A DNA stretch of 64,000 bases. Source: Octopus sinensis. Taxonomy: Eukaryota. Every line of letters starts with the position of its first letter. The stretch's first letter is position 1. A program made the position numbers and the translations under genes. Location of the stretch: NCBI RefSeq assembly GCF_006345805.1, contig NC_043022.1:23436001-23500000 (forward strand), written 5' to 3'. Below are positions 1-12,036 of this stretch, in pieces. Under the pieces are notes generated by a model. That model saw nothing but the letters and a program-made list of their open reading frames with translations, was not told the DNA's origin and made no database searches.

Positions 1-540
1 CGTGTGTGTATATATTTCCATAGAGGTAACCATTCAATTCATACAAAGTTTTTTAGGACGAATATAAGATCTAAAGTATATCCAAGTAGCAGAAAGATCG
101 CCCAAAAGTGTATATAGATATTTAAATGTATTTATATATTCATCTATACACAGATGTATGTATAATGTGTGTGTATATATTTCCATAGACGTAAAGTTAT
201 TTAGGACGAATATAAGATCTAAAGTATATCCAAGTAGCAGAAAGATCACCCAAAAGTGTATATAGATATTTAAATGTATTTATATATTCATCTATGCACA
301 CATGTATGTATAACGTGTGTGTATATATTTCCATAGAGGTAACCATTCACTCCATACAAAGTTTTTTAGGACGAAAATAAGATCTAAAGTTATCTCTAAG
401 AAACAGAAAGATCGCCCAAAAGTGTATATAGATATTTAAATGTATTTATATATTCATCTATACACACATGTATGTATAATGTGCATGTATATATTTCCAT
501 AGAGGTAACCATTCAATCCATACAAAGTTTTTTAGGATGA
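1..540. repeat. Tandem repeat with a unit of about 165 bp (3+ units), running off the left edge
   Basis: The marker ttccataga recurs at 16, 181, 329 and 495 (spacings 165, 148, 166). Confidence 0.9.
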
Positions 541-545
541 AAATA

Positions 546-1390
546 TTTATATATAAAAGAAAGGTTGTGTGTCTGTCTACTCCGATTTAGATTCCTAACT
601 ACTCCCACATTTTGCGATGCCGTTTAACCAAAACCGGGTATCTTATAGTCGTGATTCATATCGAGCCCTTCTGGGTATTAGCACGCGTCTACGATGAGTC
701 TACGATTTTACAAATAATTTACCATCATTTTTTTCCATTTTAATGCATATTTCTTTAAATAAAGGGAAGTAACTTTCAAACTTCACACCAATATGCATGC
801 TCATATGCGACGTAATATCACATCAGCAGCATTTCCTCACACCCTCCTTGCACTTGGCGAAGGCAAAATACCAGGGGATGAAAATGGTAATATTGCCATC
901 GATTCCATTTGTACTATTGTTAAGACGCCTTCTGATCTCAGAGATGCAGTGTTCCCAGATCTACAAGCTAATTATCAGAATATGGATTGGATTGGCAAAA
1001 AGGCTATACTGGCCCCGAGGAATAAAACTGTTCACCATATTAATGATGAAATGCTAAAACTCATTCCTGGGGAAGTCTATGTATATCAGTCTATCGATAC
1101 AACTCCTGACCCAGAGGACGTCATCAACTATCCAATAGAGGTACTCAATTCCTTTGAGCACCCCGGACTACCACCACACTTTCTCAAACTTAAAGTTGGT
1201 GCCCCTATAATGCTCATCAGAAATTTGGTTCCCCCAAAACAATGCAATGGCACACGTTTGATCGTTAAGTCCTTATCTCCCACCGTAAACTTATATCAAT
1301 ATTTGCCTGAATAATCATCATAATTCAGTGCAATCATTAACAGTACTTTCAAGCAATTCAGCCCCGAGCAACGCCGGGCAATTCTGCTAG
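546..1390 (+). mobile_element. Non-autonomous Helitron (family H1) carrying a Rep/helicase fragment
   Basis: About 230 bp of the 5' end is shared with 17575-17940. The 3' end is ccgagcaacgccgggc hairpin plus CTAG at 1387-1390. It contains an internal helicase ORF. Confidence 0.9.
793..1314 (+). pseudogene. Helitron PIF1-like helicase fragment (173 aa, truncated at both ends)
   Basis: LLALGEG, AILAPRNKTVHHIN, YQSIDT, YPIEVLNSFEHPGLPPHFLKLKVGAPIMLIRNL..CNGTRLIV are typical Helitron/PIF1 helicase motifs. Confidence 0.9.
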
Positions 1391-1744
1391 TATATATATG
1401 GCAAAATGTTTGCATGCGTGTCCTTTATACAAATCCACAATTTTTCAGTTAGAGGGCTCGCACTTTCTACAGTCATTTAAAACAGTCCAACGGTGGTCGT
1501 GCAAATCTTTACATTTCCCCAGTCACCCCGCAAAGCCATTAAAAAATCAATAGAAGTGACTTTTTGTAAATTTTCTATCCAAAACCCAATCAAAATGCCC
1601 GAAACTTGATACGCCAATTGAATGCCAACTAGCTGTATGTGATTGGTCAGAGATTTGGACAGTATCCGTGTGTATGTGTGCAAGCACGCAACTGTATATG
1701 CATGCACTAGCATTATGATCCAGCGTTGCGGGTCATAGTGCTAG
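1391..1744 (+). mobile_element. Non-autonomous Helitron-like element (family H2)
   Basis: Ends with an atgatcc..gggtcat hairpin and CTAG|T at 1741-1745. A second copy at 42203-42540 begins A|TC. Confidence 0.75.
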
Positions 1745-1885
1745 TCTCCAATAAAATACTAATTAAGAAAGGGCTGTTCTCCAAAGGAAGTGGAGGTATG
1801 GAAGTCAAGTAGTGTCTCTAGGATGATGTTTTCTATGGAGATGCTAAAAAAAAAACGAGATAGGATATAGTCTTGATGAACTCTG

Positions 1886-2285
1886 TCTTTTACTCTTTTA
1901 CTTGTTTCAGTCATTTGACTGCGGCCATGCTGGAGCACCGACTTTAGTCGAGCAAATCGACCCCAGGACTTATTCTTTGCAAGCCTAGTACTTATTCTAT
2001 AGGCCTCTTTTGCCGAACTGCTAAGTTACGGGGACGTAAACATACCAGCATCGTTTGTCAAGCAATGTTGGGGTGGGGGACAAACACAGACACACAAACA
2101 TATATAAATATATACATATATACGATGGGCTCCTTTCAGTTTCCGTCTACCAAATCCACTCACAAGGCATTGGTCGGCCCAAGGCTATAGTAGAAGACAC
2201 TTGCCCAAGGTGCCATGCAGTGGGACTGAACCCGGAAACATGTGGTTGATAAGCAAGCTACATACCACACAGCCACTCCTGCGCC
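1886..2285 (-). mobile_element. tRNA-derived SINE, family A (about 400 bp, internal TA/TG microsatellite, AAAAGAGT tail)
   Basis: Pol III A-box TGGCTGTGTGG, B-box GGTTCAGTCCC and a CORE-like CCTTGGGCAAG segment. More than 20 full or partial copies in the window, e.g. 11290-11590, 12340-12720, 15215-15570, 18290-18630, 47640-47900, 56440-56735, 58705-58975, 60610-60800, 61850-62000. Confidence 0.9.
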
Positions 2286-3603
2286 TATGTTGTAATGCAT
2301 TATATAATGCAGTTATGGAATACACTATGTCTAAAAAAAAGAAAAAAAAGAGATGGGTACAACAAAAATATCTTTGTATGTCTGCTAGATCAGGGCTCAC
2401 CTTCGAATACAGAACAACCAGACATAATATATATTATATACGGGATACATTACATAATTTATAAGTTACACGATATATTATCTAGATACACTGTCCCATT
2501 CAATAATAGTCACTAGTGCGTAAGGTCTGGCTCAGGAACTTCTCGCATCTCTTGCCTATTCCACTCGCCTTGACTTCACTAAAACAAAATGTGTTACTAC
2601 TGAATGACCTACAAAGAATTTGTTGCCAGCTGAGTTAGTGCAGAACCTCCTCTCCTCTCTCCTCATTAATGTCCAACATGCTTTTCTTCCACATGACTTA
2701 ACTACAAAAAAATAATTAAAAATGTGTCATTACAGAACAACCTGTATGTATAAAGAATTTGTAGACAGTGGAGTGAATAGAGCCTACTCTATTTTCCCCT
2801 ACAGTTCTGCTTAGCCGTCTCCCATTTGATTGTGTGTAATCTAAACTGGTACACGGTGTACTGCTATATGTCAGACACGAACGGACGCTTGCTAGGTAAC
2901 ATGGGGGCGCATCACATGTGAAGTTCCACTCACTCAAGTTTGTCTAACACCCAACAAATCTCTAAGTCGATCATATACACAAAATGATATTTTTAATCGC
3001 AATGTAACACATCAAATCGCTTTCTGCTATGTGGTAAAGACTTTAGAACGGGTTTTATTCCTGCTTAATTAGCATAGAACAGCGTTTGTCAAAGCAGGTT
3101 CCGTGAAAAAATTAGTTCTGGGGTTTTGTGATATAAACTGTCTTTTAATAAAATTTAATAAAAATCTATTTTAGAAAATAAATACCATTCCCCGATTTCA
3201 AAATAATATATTATTATATAAACTAATTCCCTATCTTAAACAACCTTTGTTTAATTGAATAACTCCTTAAAATAGGGTGGTAGAAACTGTCCGTAAGGGT
3301 TTTGCAATTTTAGAAAAAAATCATGTATGAAATTCACACCAAATTAAATTTCGTGACCATTCGTATTGGGTATTGGACACAGCATTCTCTGAGAAACTTT
3401 TCTGGAAATTTTCCAAGGCACTACCTGTTTATCTATATTATAAAATATTATAGACAAATAATTCAGACAACAAACTTTATCCTTCGGACACCAATACAGC
3501 TTTTCTCTCCGTCGAAGGGTTCCGCGCGAAACATTAGACTTCTCTTCTTCCTTACTTCATTAGATTTTCGACTTTGCCTTTCACCCTTACGGGTACAGAA
3601 AAC

Positions 3604-3891
3604 GGGTACTACTTAAGAGGAGTGGTCCCGGTGCGCGCACTCGCGCTAGCTAGTCGTGACTAGTCGATCCTTACTTTGTGTTTTTGTTTTATTTACTTTG
3701 TTTACAAAAATTATTTACTTTATGGTTTATTTACTTTGTTTTTAAAAAATTATTTACTTGGTGTAAAAAAAATTATTTATTTTGTGTTTTATTTACTTTG
3801 CTAGGTAGTCGTTGTAGGATCGACTAGCCACGACTAGCTAGCGCGGATGCCCGAGTACGCGCACCGGGACCATTCTTCTTAAGTAGTACCC
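3604..3891. mobile_element. MITE with about 80-bp terminal inverted repeats (GGGTACTACTTAAGA...TCTTAAGTAGTACCC)
   Basis: The arms are reverse complements around an AT-rich tttactttg spacer. A half copy lies at about 56870-57010. No clear TSD. Confidence 0.8.
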
Positions 3892-3960
3892 AAAAATCGA
3901 TGTAATTGATTATTCCCCTCCCCCAAATTTCAGGCCTTGTGCCGATAGTAGAAAGTATTA

Positions 3961-4052
3961 TGGCGGAGGTAAAGAATACGCACACCACCCGTTATCGGCG
4001 TAATCCTTTCCCTACCCCAAACACCTGGTGTGAGGATTCTTTACCTTCACCA
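3961..4052. mobile_element. Small palindromic element of about 90 bp
   Basis: Imperfect TIR ggcggaggtaaagaat..cacacc / ggtgtg..attctttaccttcacc, flanked by gtatta on both sides. An inverted second copy lies at 52448-52534. Confidence 0.65.
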
Positions 4053-5150
4053 GTATTATTATTCATTATACGCTAGTTATGTTGTTTTACATATTACATG
4101 TTCTCTAAACAATTTATATAACTTACAGCCACATACTAGATATAACCACTTGGCAAAGATTCTCAACTTTTCTTTCACTTCCTGGCACACAGAAGGTGCA
4201 AAAAAGAAAAAAAGAAAAAGAAAGATGATGGCGTAACAGATGCAGAAAAAAAAAGCCGGCGCACGTCGCATAGAAAAGCTAAAACCGTTTTAAATCAGAA
4301 AAAAAAAGTTGAAACTTTTGATTACCTTACTTTATTAACGAAACTTGTATATTAAAAAATATAGCGCTTTACAATACACTTAAGTATTAGTGCGAATTTT
4401 CAAAGGCCTTAAATAATATTAAAACACCATGGTGCACCTTCATACAACTGCAGCGAACCGTCTGGAAACCAGAGCTACATTATATAAATCAGATATTATA
4501 AAGAAAATTTATTGTATATTACATAATACACAGTAGATATTTAGTATAAGTTTTAGACGCACAATGTCTACAAAACGAAGAAGGTGGGTGTGTAAAACAC
4601 AAACTGGAAGACTTTGAACGTAGGTATGTTGGATCAAGATTGAAGTTTGGCTAAACGACGAAAGTATGTAATAATAACTTGGTGAGTAAGTTGCACTCAA
4701 TTTTCCCAACATGAAATGGGGCGTGTCTGCTAAGGGAATTAACTCTATGCAGACGACGTCACTACTTCGCAACGTACACGCCACTAACAGTAACATATAT
4801 ACATACACATATGTGTGCGTGCGTGTGTGTTTATATATATACGTGTATAACGTTCATACAGGTCGATGTAATCTCTTACTGTAGACGTATTCTGAACACT
4901 CCTCGTATAACATCGTAATCAGCTTCAACACGAAGAAGAGAATTTCAACCCTAGTTACTTTACGAACACTGCAATCATTTCAGCTCAAGCAACCCCGTTC
5001 CGGTAAATACCACTTCGTTTTTTCATCACCATCATCAATTATATTATTATTATTATTGTTTACTTGTACTGTTCCCAATGTGTTTTTTTTTTCTTTTTGT
5101 GAATCCTTAGTGGTTAATAAAGAAAACTGACATTATTATTACTACTACTA

Positions 5151-5390
5151 TTTCGTATGAGTTCAAATTCCACCGAGGCCAACTTTGCCTTTCATCCTTT
5201 CGGGGTCGATAAAATTAAGTACCCGTTACCCTGTAATCGACTTAATCCGTTTGTCTGTCCTTGTTTGTACCCTCTGTGTTTAGCCCCTTGTGGGTAGTCC
5301 TTTGTAACTTTCGTCCTGTGTTTTGTCCCTTTATGTATTAATTGATTTTTTGTTCGCCCCTGTGGCCAATAAACGAACGAATTATTATTA
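5151..5390 (+). mobile_element. SINE family B (tRNA-like head plus Meta-like core GCCTTTCATCCTTTCGGGGTCGATAAAAT.AGTACC), partial copy
   Basis: B-box GAGTTCAAATTCC and a conserved core. Other copies at 5415-5570, 16834-17054, 24240-24385, 33065-33295, 34375-34580, 38250-38430, 55410-55525, 57135-57300. The superfamily name is assigned from memory. Confidence 0.8.
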
Positions 5391-6107
5391 TTATTATTAC
5401 TACTACTACTACTATTTCGTCTGAGTTCAAATTCTGCTGGGGTCGACTTTTCAACCTTTCAGAGCCGATCAAATAAAGGATCAATTTGACCACTGGGGTC
5501 GATGTAATGGACGAGCTCCTCCAACCAAATCCCTGGCTTTGTGCCTATAGCGGAAAGAATTACTTATTTGAAAAGGGACATCTTGGCGAAGGGGCTCGTG
5601 TTAGCAGCGAGGGCGACCGTGGTTGGTTTTCCACGGTCGCCCTCACTGCTGACACGAAGGGGTTGTTTACAGGGTTTACACGTGAAACTCTCGGAGGTCT
5701 CCCCGATCCCCACCTTTTGAGGATTTGTTTCTTTCTTTTGAATTTTTCTGTTTTTGTTATTTTCTTCGTTTACGATTTTTTTTTAACAGTACAGTTCCCG
5801 ATATTTTGTCACCCTCGTGGCTAATAGCGAATGCACTGTTGTAACTACTACTACATTTGTTTGGATGGAGCTCCATCTTCCACTCATTCCACGGAAAAAA
5901 AAAAACCCAAAAAACCTTGAAAGCCCGATAAAAGAAAAAAAAATTTAATCTACTTCTTGAATTTTTCTGAACGTCTTATGAACTCCAACTGACTTATTTT
6001 TCACTATTTTTCTTTTTGTAAAGACACAAACTTGTTTTCACAAACGTATCTTTCGTGTATTGAATCATTTTTATTTTTATTCAGTTGTTGCTGACTTTGT
6101 TCTTATT

Positions 6108-6139
<32 letters not shown>

Positions 6140-6237
6140 TGTATATTTATTCTTATACAAGAATGTTGTTGATAGTGACTTCAAAGTTTCAGCCAGCTAA
6201 GCTTTCGTCGGACTTATGTAAGAATAATACGTTTGTT

Positions 6238-7480
6238 TGTTTGTATGTATGTATGTATGTATATGTACATATGTATGTATGTATGTATATGTACATATGT
6301 ATGTATGTATGTATATGTACATATGTATGTATGTATGTATGTATATGTACATATGTATGTATGTATGTATGTATATGTACATATGTATGTATGTATGTAT
6401 GTATATGTACATATGTATGTATGTATATGTACATATGTATGTATGAATGTATGTATATGTACATATGTATGTATGAATGTATGTATATGTACATATGTAT
6501 GTACATATGTATGTATGAATGTATGTATATGTACATATGTATGTATGAATGTATGTATATGTACATATGTATGTATGAATGTATGTATATGTACATATGT
6601 ATGTATGAATGTATGTATATGTACATATGTATGTATGAATGTATGTATATGTACATATGTATGTATGAATGTATGTATATGTATGTATGAATGTGTATAT
6701 GTACATATGTATGTATGTATATGTACATATGTATGTATGTATATGTACATATGTATGTATGTATATGTACATATGTATGTATGTATGTATATGTACATAT
6801 GTATGTATGTATGTATATGTACATATGTATGTATGTATGTATATGTACATATGTATGTATGAATGTATATATGTACATATGTATGTATGTATGTATGTAT
6901 ATGTACATATGTATGTATGTATGTATGTATATGTACATATGTATGTATGTATGTATGTATATGTATGTATGTATGTATGTATGAATATGTACATATGTAT
7001 GTATGAATGTGTATATGTACATATGTATGTATGAATGTACATATGTATGTATGAATGTATATATGTACATATAAATGTATATATGTACATATGAATGTAT
7101 ATATGTACATATGAATGTATATATGTACATATGAATGTATATATGTACATATGAATGTATATATGTACATATGAATGTATATATGTACATATGAATGTAT
7201 GAATGTATATATGTACATATGAATGTATGAATGTATATATGTACATATGAATGTATGAATGTATATATGTACATATGTATGTATGAATGTATGTATATAT
7301 ATGTATGTATGAATGTATGTATATATATGTATGTATGTATGTACATATGTATGGACGTATATGTACATATGTATGCATATGTATATACGTACGTATATGT
7401 ATGTATGTATGTATATATATGTACAAAAGCATGTCCGTGTATATATATACACATATATATATATATACATACACATACAT
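6238..7480. repeat. Compound microsatellite (TATG)n/(TACATATG)n/(TGAATG)n, about 1.24 kb
   Basis: Seen directly. It explains the long low-complexity YIH/MYV ORFs on both strands. Confidence 0.98.
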
Positions 7481-8439
7481 ACACTAGCACATCCGACAAA
7501 TTTGGACAAAATAAAAACAATATCTTTAATGGATTAAAGCAGTTTTTACATTTTGTTTTGATAAATAAGGTTATAATTTTAGTTAAGATCTTCGATAATT
7601 AATTAAAGATTCACTAAAGCTTTCATAGGATTGGAACTCTACACTATACAGTGTATGTGTGGGTGTGTAGCTATCTAAGTATTGCACCATCAAAGCACCC
7701 TCTTGTGAAAATGGGATGGTGGTAATTATATATAAATGTTGTTGGTATATTTCTCAAGATTTGCAGTCTTGGGGTATTATTCACACAAAAAATTAGTTTC
7801 TGAAGACGTCTGAAACTACAGACGATCATTTTATTTTTACTTCTGGACTTCTCGGATATATAGATACAGATATCAATCAGCTAGCTTATTTGATAAATCG
7901 GTTGTCCGATGATTAAACTCCTGAGAAACGGTCTTAATTCAAATAAAATGAAACATTTAGGAAGATAGTAAAACAAAATCCGTGGAGTAAATATGGTACG
8001 CAATACACGCAAAAGAGTATATTTATTCGTCCATTGATGTACACTGTGGAATTTCGGAAGAGCTGACCTGAATGGTTAATATTCTCTGTTTTTGTCGAGA
8101 TTTTTCCAAAGTAAATTTTATCCCATGCTTCAAAATAATAGGATGAAGAGGAGCCTTCACAAAATAATGAATCCTTTTCGTAATTTTTCAAGTTATACTA
8201 TTCCATATATTGAAATACATGTAATACGCATTTTTAGTGGTAAAAAATTCTTAATACACCTTCGTTGAACTTTTCACGATTAAAATGAAGTTATAAATAC
8301 TTACAAACACACATATTCTAAATTTTACAGTTTGCCTAAAAAGAAAAAGAAAATAATATCCCATCCAAAAACAAAATTATTTTAAGCAATCAAAACATAG
8401 ACTCGATTATAGCTGGGAAAAAATAATTTACTCAGAGTA

Positions 8440-8690
8440 GCCACCCTCAGCTTCCACCACAGCTTCAAGATGGTTCTGGAACTTTGGTGCATATATTCCT
8501 CACTGTGTCCATCAAAAGATCTTCAAAAAAGGTCACCAGCTTGGCCTTGGTGTTGTAGGGAGAGCAGTTGGTGTCTTTCTCAACTGTGCCCCACACATAG
8601 TAAACTATAGGATTACAACTGGGGGGATTAGGAAGCCCGAAATTGGAGCTGGTGAAGTGGTAGAAATTTACAAACAACCACTTCTGACCC
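8440..8690 (-). mobile_element. Tc1/mariner-superfamily transposase C-terminal relic (DD37D/maT-like)
   Basis: PNPPSCNPIVYYVWGTVEKDTNCSPYNTKAKLV resembles the WPPNSPDCNPLDYYVWG catalytic-D motif. Confidence 0.75.
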
Positions 8691-8808
8691 TTTCACTAGG
8701 GTTTGCACAACTCTTTCTTGGTTGGACATAGACATTATCTTAACAGCTCAAAAATCTCACCTGCCTTTTAACAACAAATAGTGGTCCTCAAATTCAACCA
8801 TCTACCGC

Positions 8809-9118
8809 TTTGATATCTCTGTGGGCTCCTCCAACACTGCCCGATTTACCAACCTAGCGGGTCTTTTTCTACTATCAAATTAATGAGCATCTTCTTGCAG
8901 CCATGAGAACATCAAGGCTAGCCATTGAGTTTATCTAGAAAGCCCTTCATAAGCTCGTCAAGAACTATAGCCTCTGTATCTCCTTTGAAAACAGCACTAA
9001 AGTACCCTGCTTCTTGGATGTTACTCTTGGCTTAGAATACATTAACATCCATTCTAATTGCCCTAGATCTGTTTTAAATAGCATAATTAAAGGAATTTCC
9101 ATTTGGATCCCTCAGTGA
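8809..9118 (+). mobile_element. Degenerate Penelope-like element reverse transcriptase fragment
   Basis: FDISVGSSNTARFTNLAGLFLLSN (compare PLE [22 protein letters not shown]), then LHKLVKNYSLCISFENSTKVPCFLDVTLGL and YINIHSNCPRSVLNSIIKGIS (compare FLDVTL and YINxxSNHP). Contains stops and deletions. Confidence 0.7.
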
Positions 9119-10630
9119 AATTTGAACTCTGAACATAAAGAAATTCCACTAAGCATTTTGTCCAATGCAGCAACAATTCTGCCAGCTTGCTCTTTTATAT
9201 GTTTCCATAATATTCCTTTCTGTTATAGGCACAAGAACCGAACATTTTTGGGAAGGGTGCTAATTGATTACATTGACCTTAGTGCTTAACTGGTACTCAT
9301 TTTATCAACGCCAAAAGGATTCATCCTTTTGGGGATGACTTTAGCAGAATTTGAACTCAGAAAAAATACATTCTGATGGGCTAATGATTCTGTCAGCTCA
9401 CTGGTTTATATATCTGTATATAATACTGGTTTCTACTTTTGGCACAAGGCAATTTTGAGGGAGTGGATAAGTTATTTACATCGACCCCAGTAATCAACTG
9501 GTACTTATTTTATTAACCATGAAAGGATGAAAAGCAGAGTCGTCCTCAGCGGAATTTGAACTCAGAACATAAAGATGGACAACATGCTGTTAAGCATTTT
9601 GCTTGGCCCGCTAATATTTTTGCCAGTTCACTATCTTATATGTCTGTATAATATTGGTTTCAAATTTTGACAAGGCCACCAGTACTCAGCTGGTACTCAT
9701 TTTATCAACCCTTAAAGGATGAAAGGCAACTGAACTTTGATGGAATTTGGACTTAGAATGTAAAGAAGGATGAAATGTTGCTAAGCATTTTGCCCAACAT
9801 GCTAACATTTCTACCAGTTCACTATTCTATGTTTGTATAATACTGATTTCTAATTTTGGCACAAAGCCAGTAATTTTGTGACGGGGTAAATCAATTACAT
9901 CAACTCCAGTGTTCAACTGGTACTTATTTTACCAGCATGAAAGGATCATCATCATCATCGTTTAACGTCCGCTTTCCATGCTAGCATGGGTTGGATGGTT
10001 CAACTGGGGTCTGGGAAGCCAGGAGGCTGCACCAGGCCCAGTCTGATCTGGTAGTGTTTTTACAGCTGGATGCCCTTCCTAACGCCAACCACTCCGTGAG
10101 TGTAGTGGGTGCTTTTTACGTGCCAGACGAGGCTGGCAGTGGCCACAATCGGATGGTGCTTTTTACGTGCCACCGGCACGGAGGCCAGTTGGGGCGGCGC
10201 TGACAACGGCCACGTTCGGATGGTTCTCTTACGTGCCACTGGCACTGGTATCACAACTACAATTTCCATGTTGGTCGATTTTGATTTTGAAAGGCAAAAA
10301 TCGACTTTAATGGAATTGAATTCAATACATGAAGATGCATGAAATGCTGTTAAGCATTTTGCCTGTCATGCTAAAAATCCTGCCTGCTCTTTGCCTTATG
10401 TTCATATAAGATTGGTGTAAGGCTAGTTAGTAATTTCAGGGAAGGGAGTAAGTCAATTACATCGACTCTCAATACTCCATTGGTGCTTGTTTTATTGACC
10501 CCCACCCCACAAGGATGAATGACAAAGTCAATTTGAACTGAGAACATAAAGACAGACAAAACGCTGCTTTGCATTTAGCCTAGCATGCTAAAGAGATTTT
10601 GCCAGCTTGCCTCTTCATGTTTGTATAATA
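9115..10630 (-). repeat. Head-to-tail array of about 6 decayed family-B SINE units (about 190-240 bp period), interrupted by an RTE 3' UTR
   Basis: The B-box complement (aatttgaactc and variants) recurs at 9121, 9350, 9555, 9746, about 10315 and 10532. The units share a junction ttatatgtctgtataata. Confidence 0.75.
9945..10290 (-). mobile_element. RTE-clade LINE 3' UTR (family D) with (ATG)n tail
   Basis: GGCGTTAGGAAGGGCATCCAGCTGTA...CATGCTAGCATGGAAAGCGGACGTTAAACGATGATG. Linked to the ORF2 C-terminus in the copies at 32130-32219 and 58994-59128. Other copies at 24970-25230, 34685-34915, 35757-36035, 37382-37835, 40794-41220, 46085-46352(+), 47965-48150, 61005-61338(+). Confidence 0.85.
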
Positions 10631-11735
10631 TTGCAAGCAAAAAACAAAACAAAAAAAAAGACAGACAAAAAGAAAAGAAAGATCTAGGTAGTGTACCCAT
10701 CAAAGTCATCAGCAAGCTAATATTTAATCTTCAACCTCAAACTATGAACAGGTTCTTGTCCCGATTGATTTTGCTCTGTTTATTCACTAAAACTGAAAAA
10801 AAATCTAACAGTTTGTTGTTTTGGTATATTTTAATATACAGATCCTGCCTGTATGTATTGTGTGTGTGTGTACGTGTACTCCATGAGTGTATAATTATTA
10901 TACATATTTTGTATCTTTGTCACCATGTTATATTTTATATAAGCTTTCCACTAAGAGTATTTCTTAGTGTACATTTCTTCTCTACTCTGTTGCCTAAATT
11001 GCTAGATATAGCTGTCAAATCTGTGTCAAACATCGTCCTACAGTCTTAAGAAAATATTAACTAGCTCTCTTTGTACAATGTAGGACACTTATTTGTTGAA
11101 GCATGAATTCCATGCATACCTCTGTTTACGTCTCTGTAACTTAGTGATTTGGCAAAAGAGACCGATAGAATAAGTACCAAGCTTACAAAGAATAAGCCCT
11201 GGGGTCGATTTATTTGACTAAAGGCAGTGCTCCAGCATGGTCACAATCAAATGACTGAAACAAGCAAAAGAATAAAAGAATATATATATTATTCTTTTAT
11301 TTGTTTCTGTCATTTGAATGGCCATGCTGGAGCACTGCCTTTAGTCGAACAAATCAACCCCAGGACTTATTCTTTGTAATCCTGGTACTTATTCTATCGG
11401 TCTCTTTTACCGAACTGTTAAGTTACAGGGATGTAAACACACCAATATTGGTTGTCTATCTACCAAATCCACTCACAAGGCTTTGGTTGGCCCGAGGTTA
11501 TAGTAGAAGACACTTGCCCAAGGTGCTACACAGCGGGACTGCACCCAGAACCATGTGGTTGGGAAGCAAGCTTCTTACCACACAGTCACAGCTGTGCATG
11601 GAAGATGGAATACACAAGAATTTTTATTAATCATGACAATTGTTTCGACACATCTAGCATTGATCCCCCATGTATGGGACACTTAATAACTGGTTCAGGT
11701 ACATCTGGCAGTGCAGATGTGTCTCATATATATGT

Positions 11736-12036
11736 GGAGGCGCAATGGCCCAGTGGTTAGGGCAGCGGACTCGCAGTCATAGGATTGTGGTTTCGATTCC
11801 CAGATCGAGTGTTGTGAGTGTTTATTGAGCAAAAACACCTAAAACTCCACAAGGCTCCGGCAAGGGGTGATGGCGAACCCTCTTGTACTCTTTCACCCCA
11901 ACTTTCTCTCACTCTTTCTTCTGTAGGCCTGCTTGCTTAGCCAGCAGGGTGGTGTCATTTGAAGGCTAAAACAATGCAAAGTGCATTGTGACCAGCGATG
12001 TGTAGCAACATCTGATAGCCTGGTCAGTCACGTGAT
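11736..12036 (+). mobile_element. tRNA-derived SINE family C, subtype with an RTE-like tail
   Basis: Head GGAGGCGCAATGGCCCAGTGGTTAGGGCAGCGGACTCGC..GTTTCGATTCCC. The tail resembles the RTE fragment at 23517-23568. Confidence 0.85.

Noticed and set aside
5575-5718. Vault RNA gene call
   Set aside because: The A-box is imperfect, no GTTCRANNC B-box is present and an internal T4 would terminate Pol III. It is kept only as an unexplained hairpin.
6085-7602. Long ORFs of 200-440 aa on both strands
   Set aside because: They are translations of a TATG/TACA microsatellite, low complexity and open in several frames at once.
7934-8191. 85-aa minus-strand ORF with a hydrophobic C-terminus
   Set aside because: No recognisable motif, no convincing splice sites and no partner exons.
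11736-11810. tRNA genes (also 22028, 44572 and other heads)
   Set aside because: The cloverleaf is not maintained, and each head continues into a SINE body found in multiple copies.
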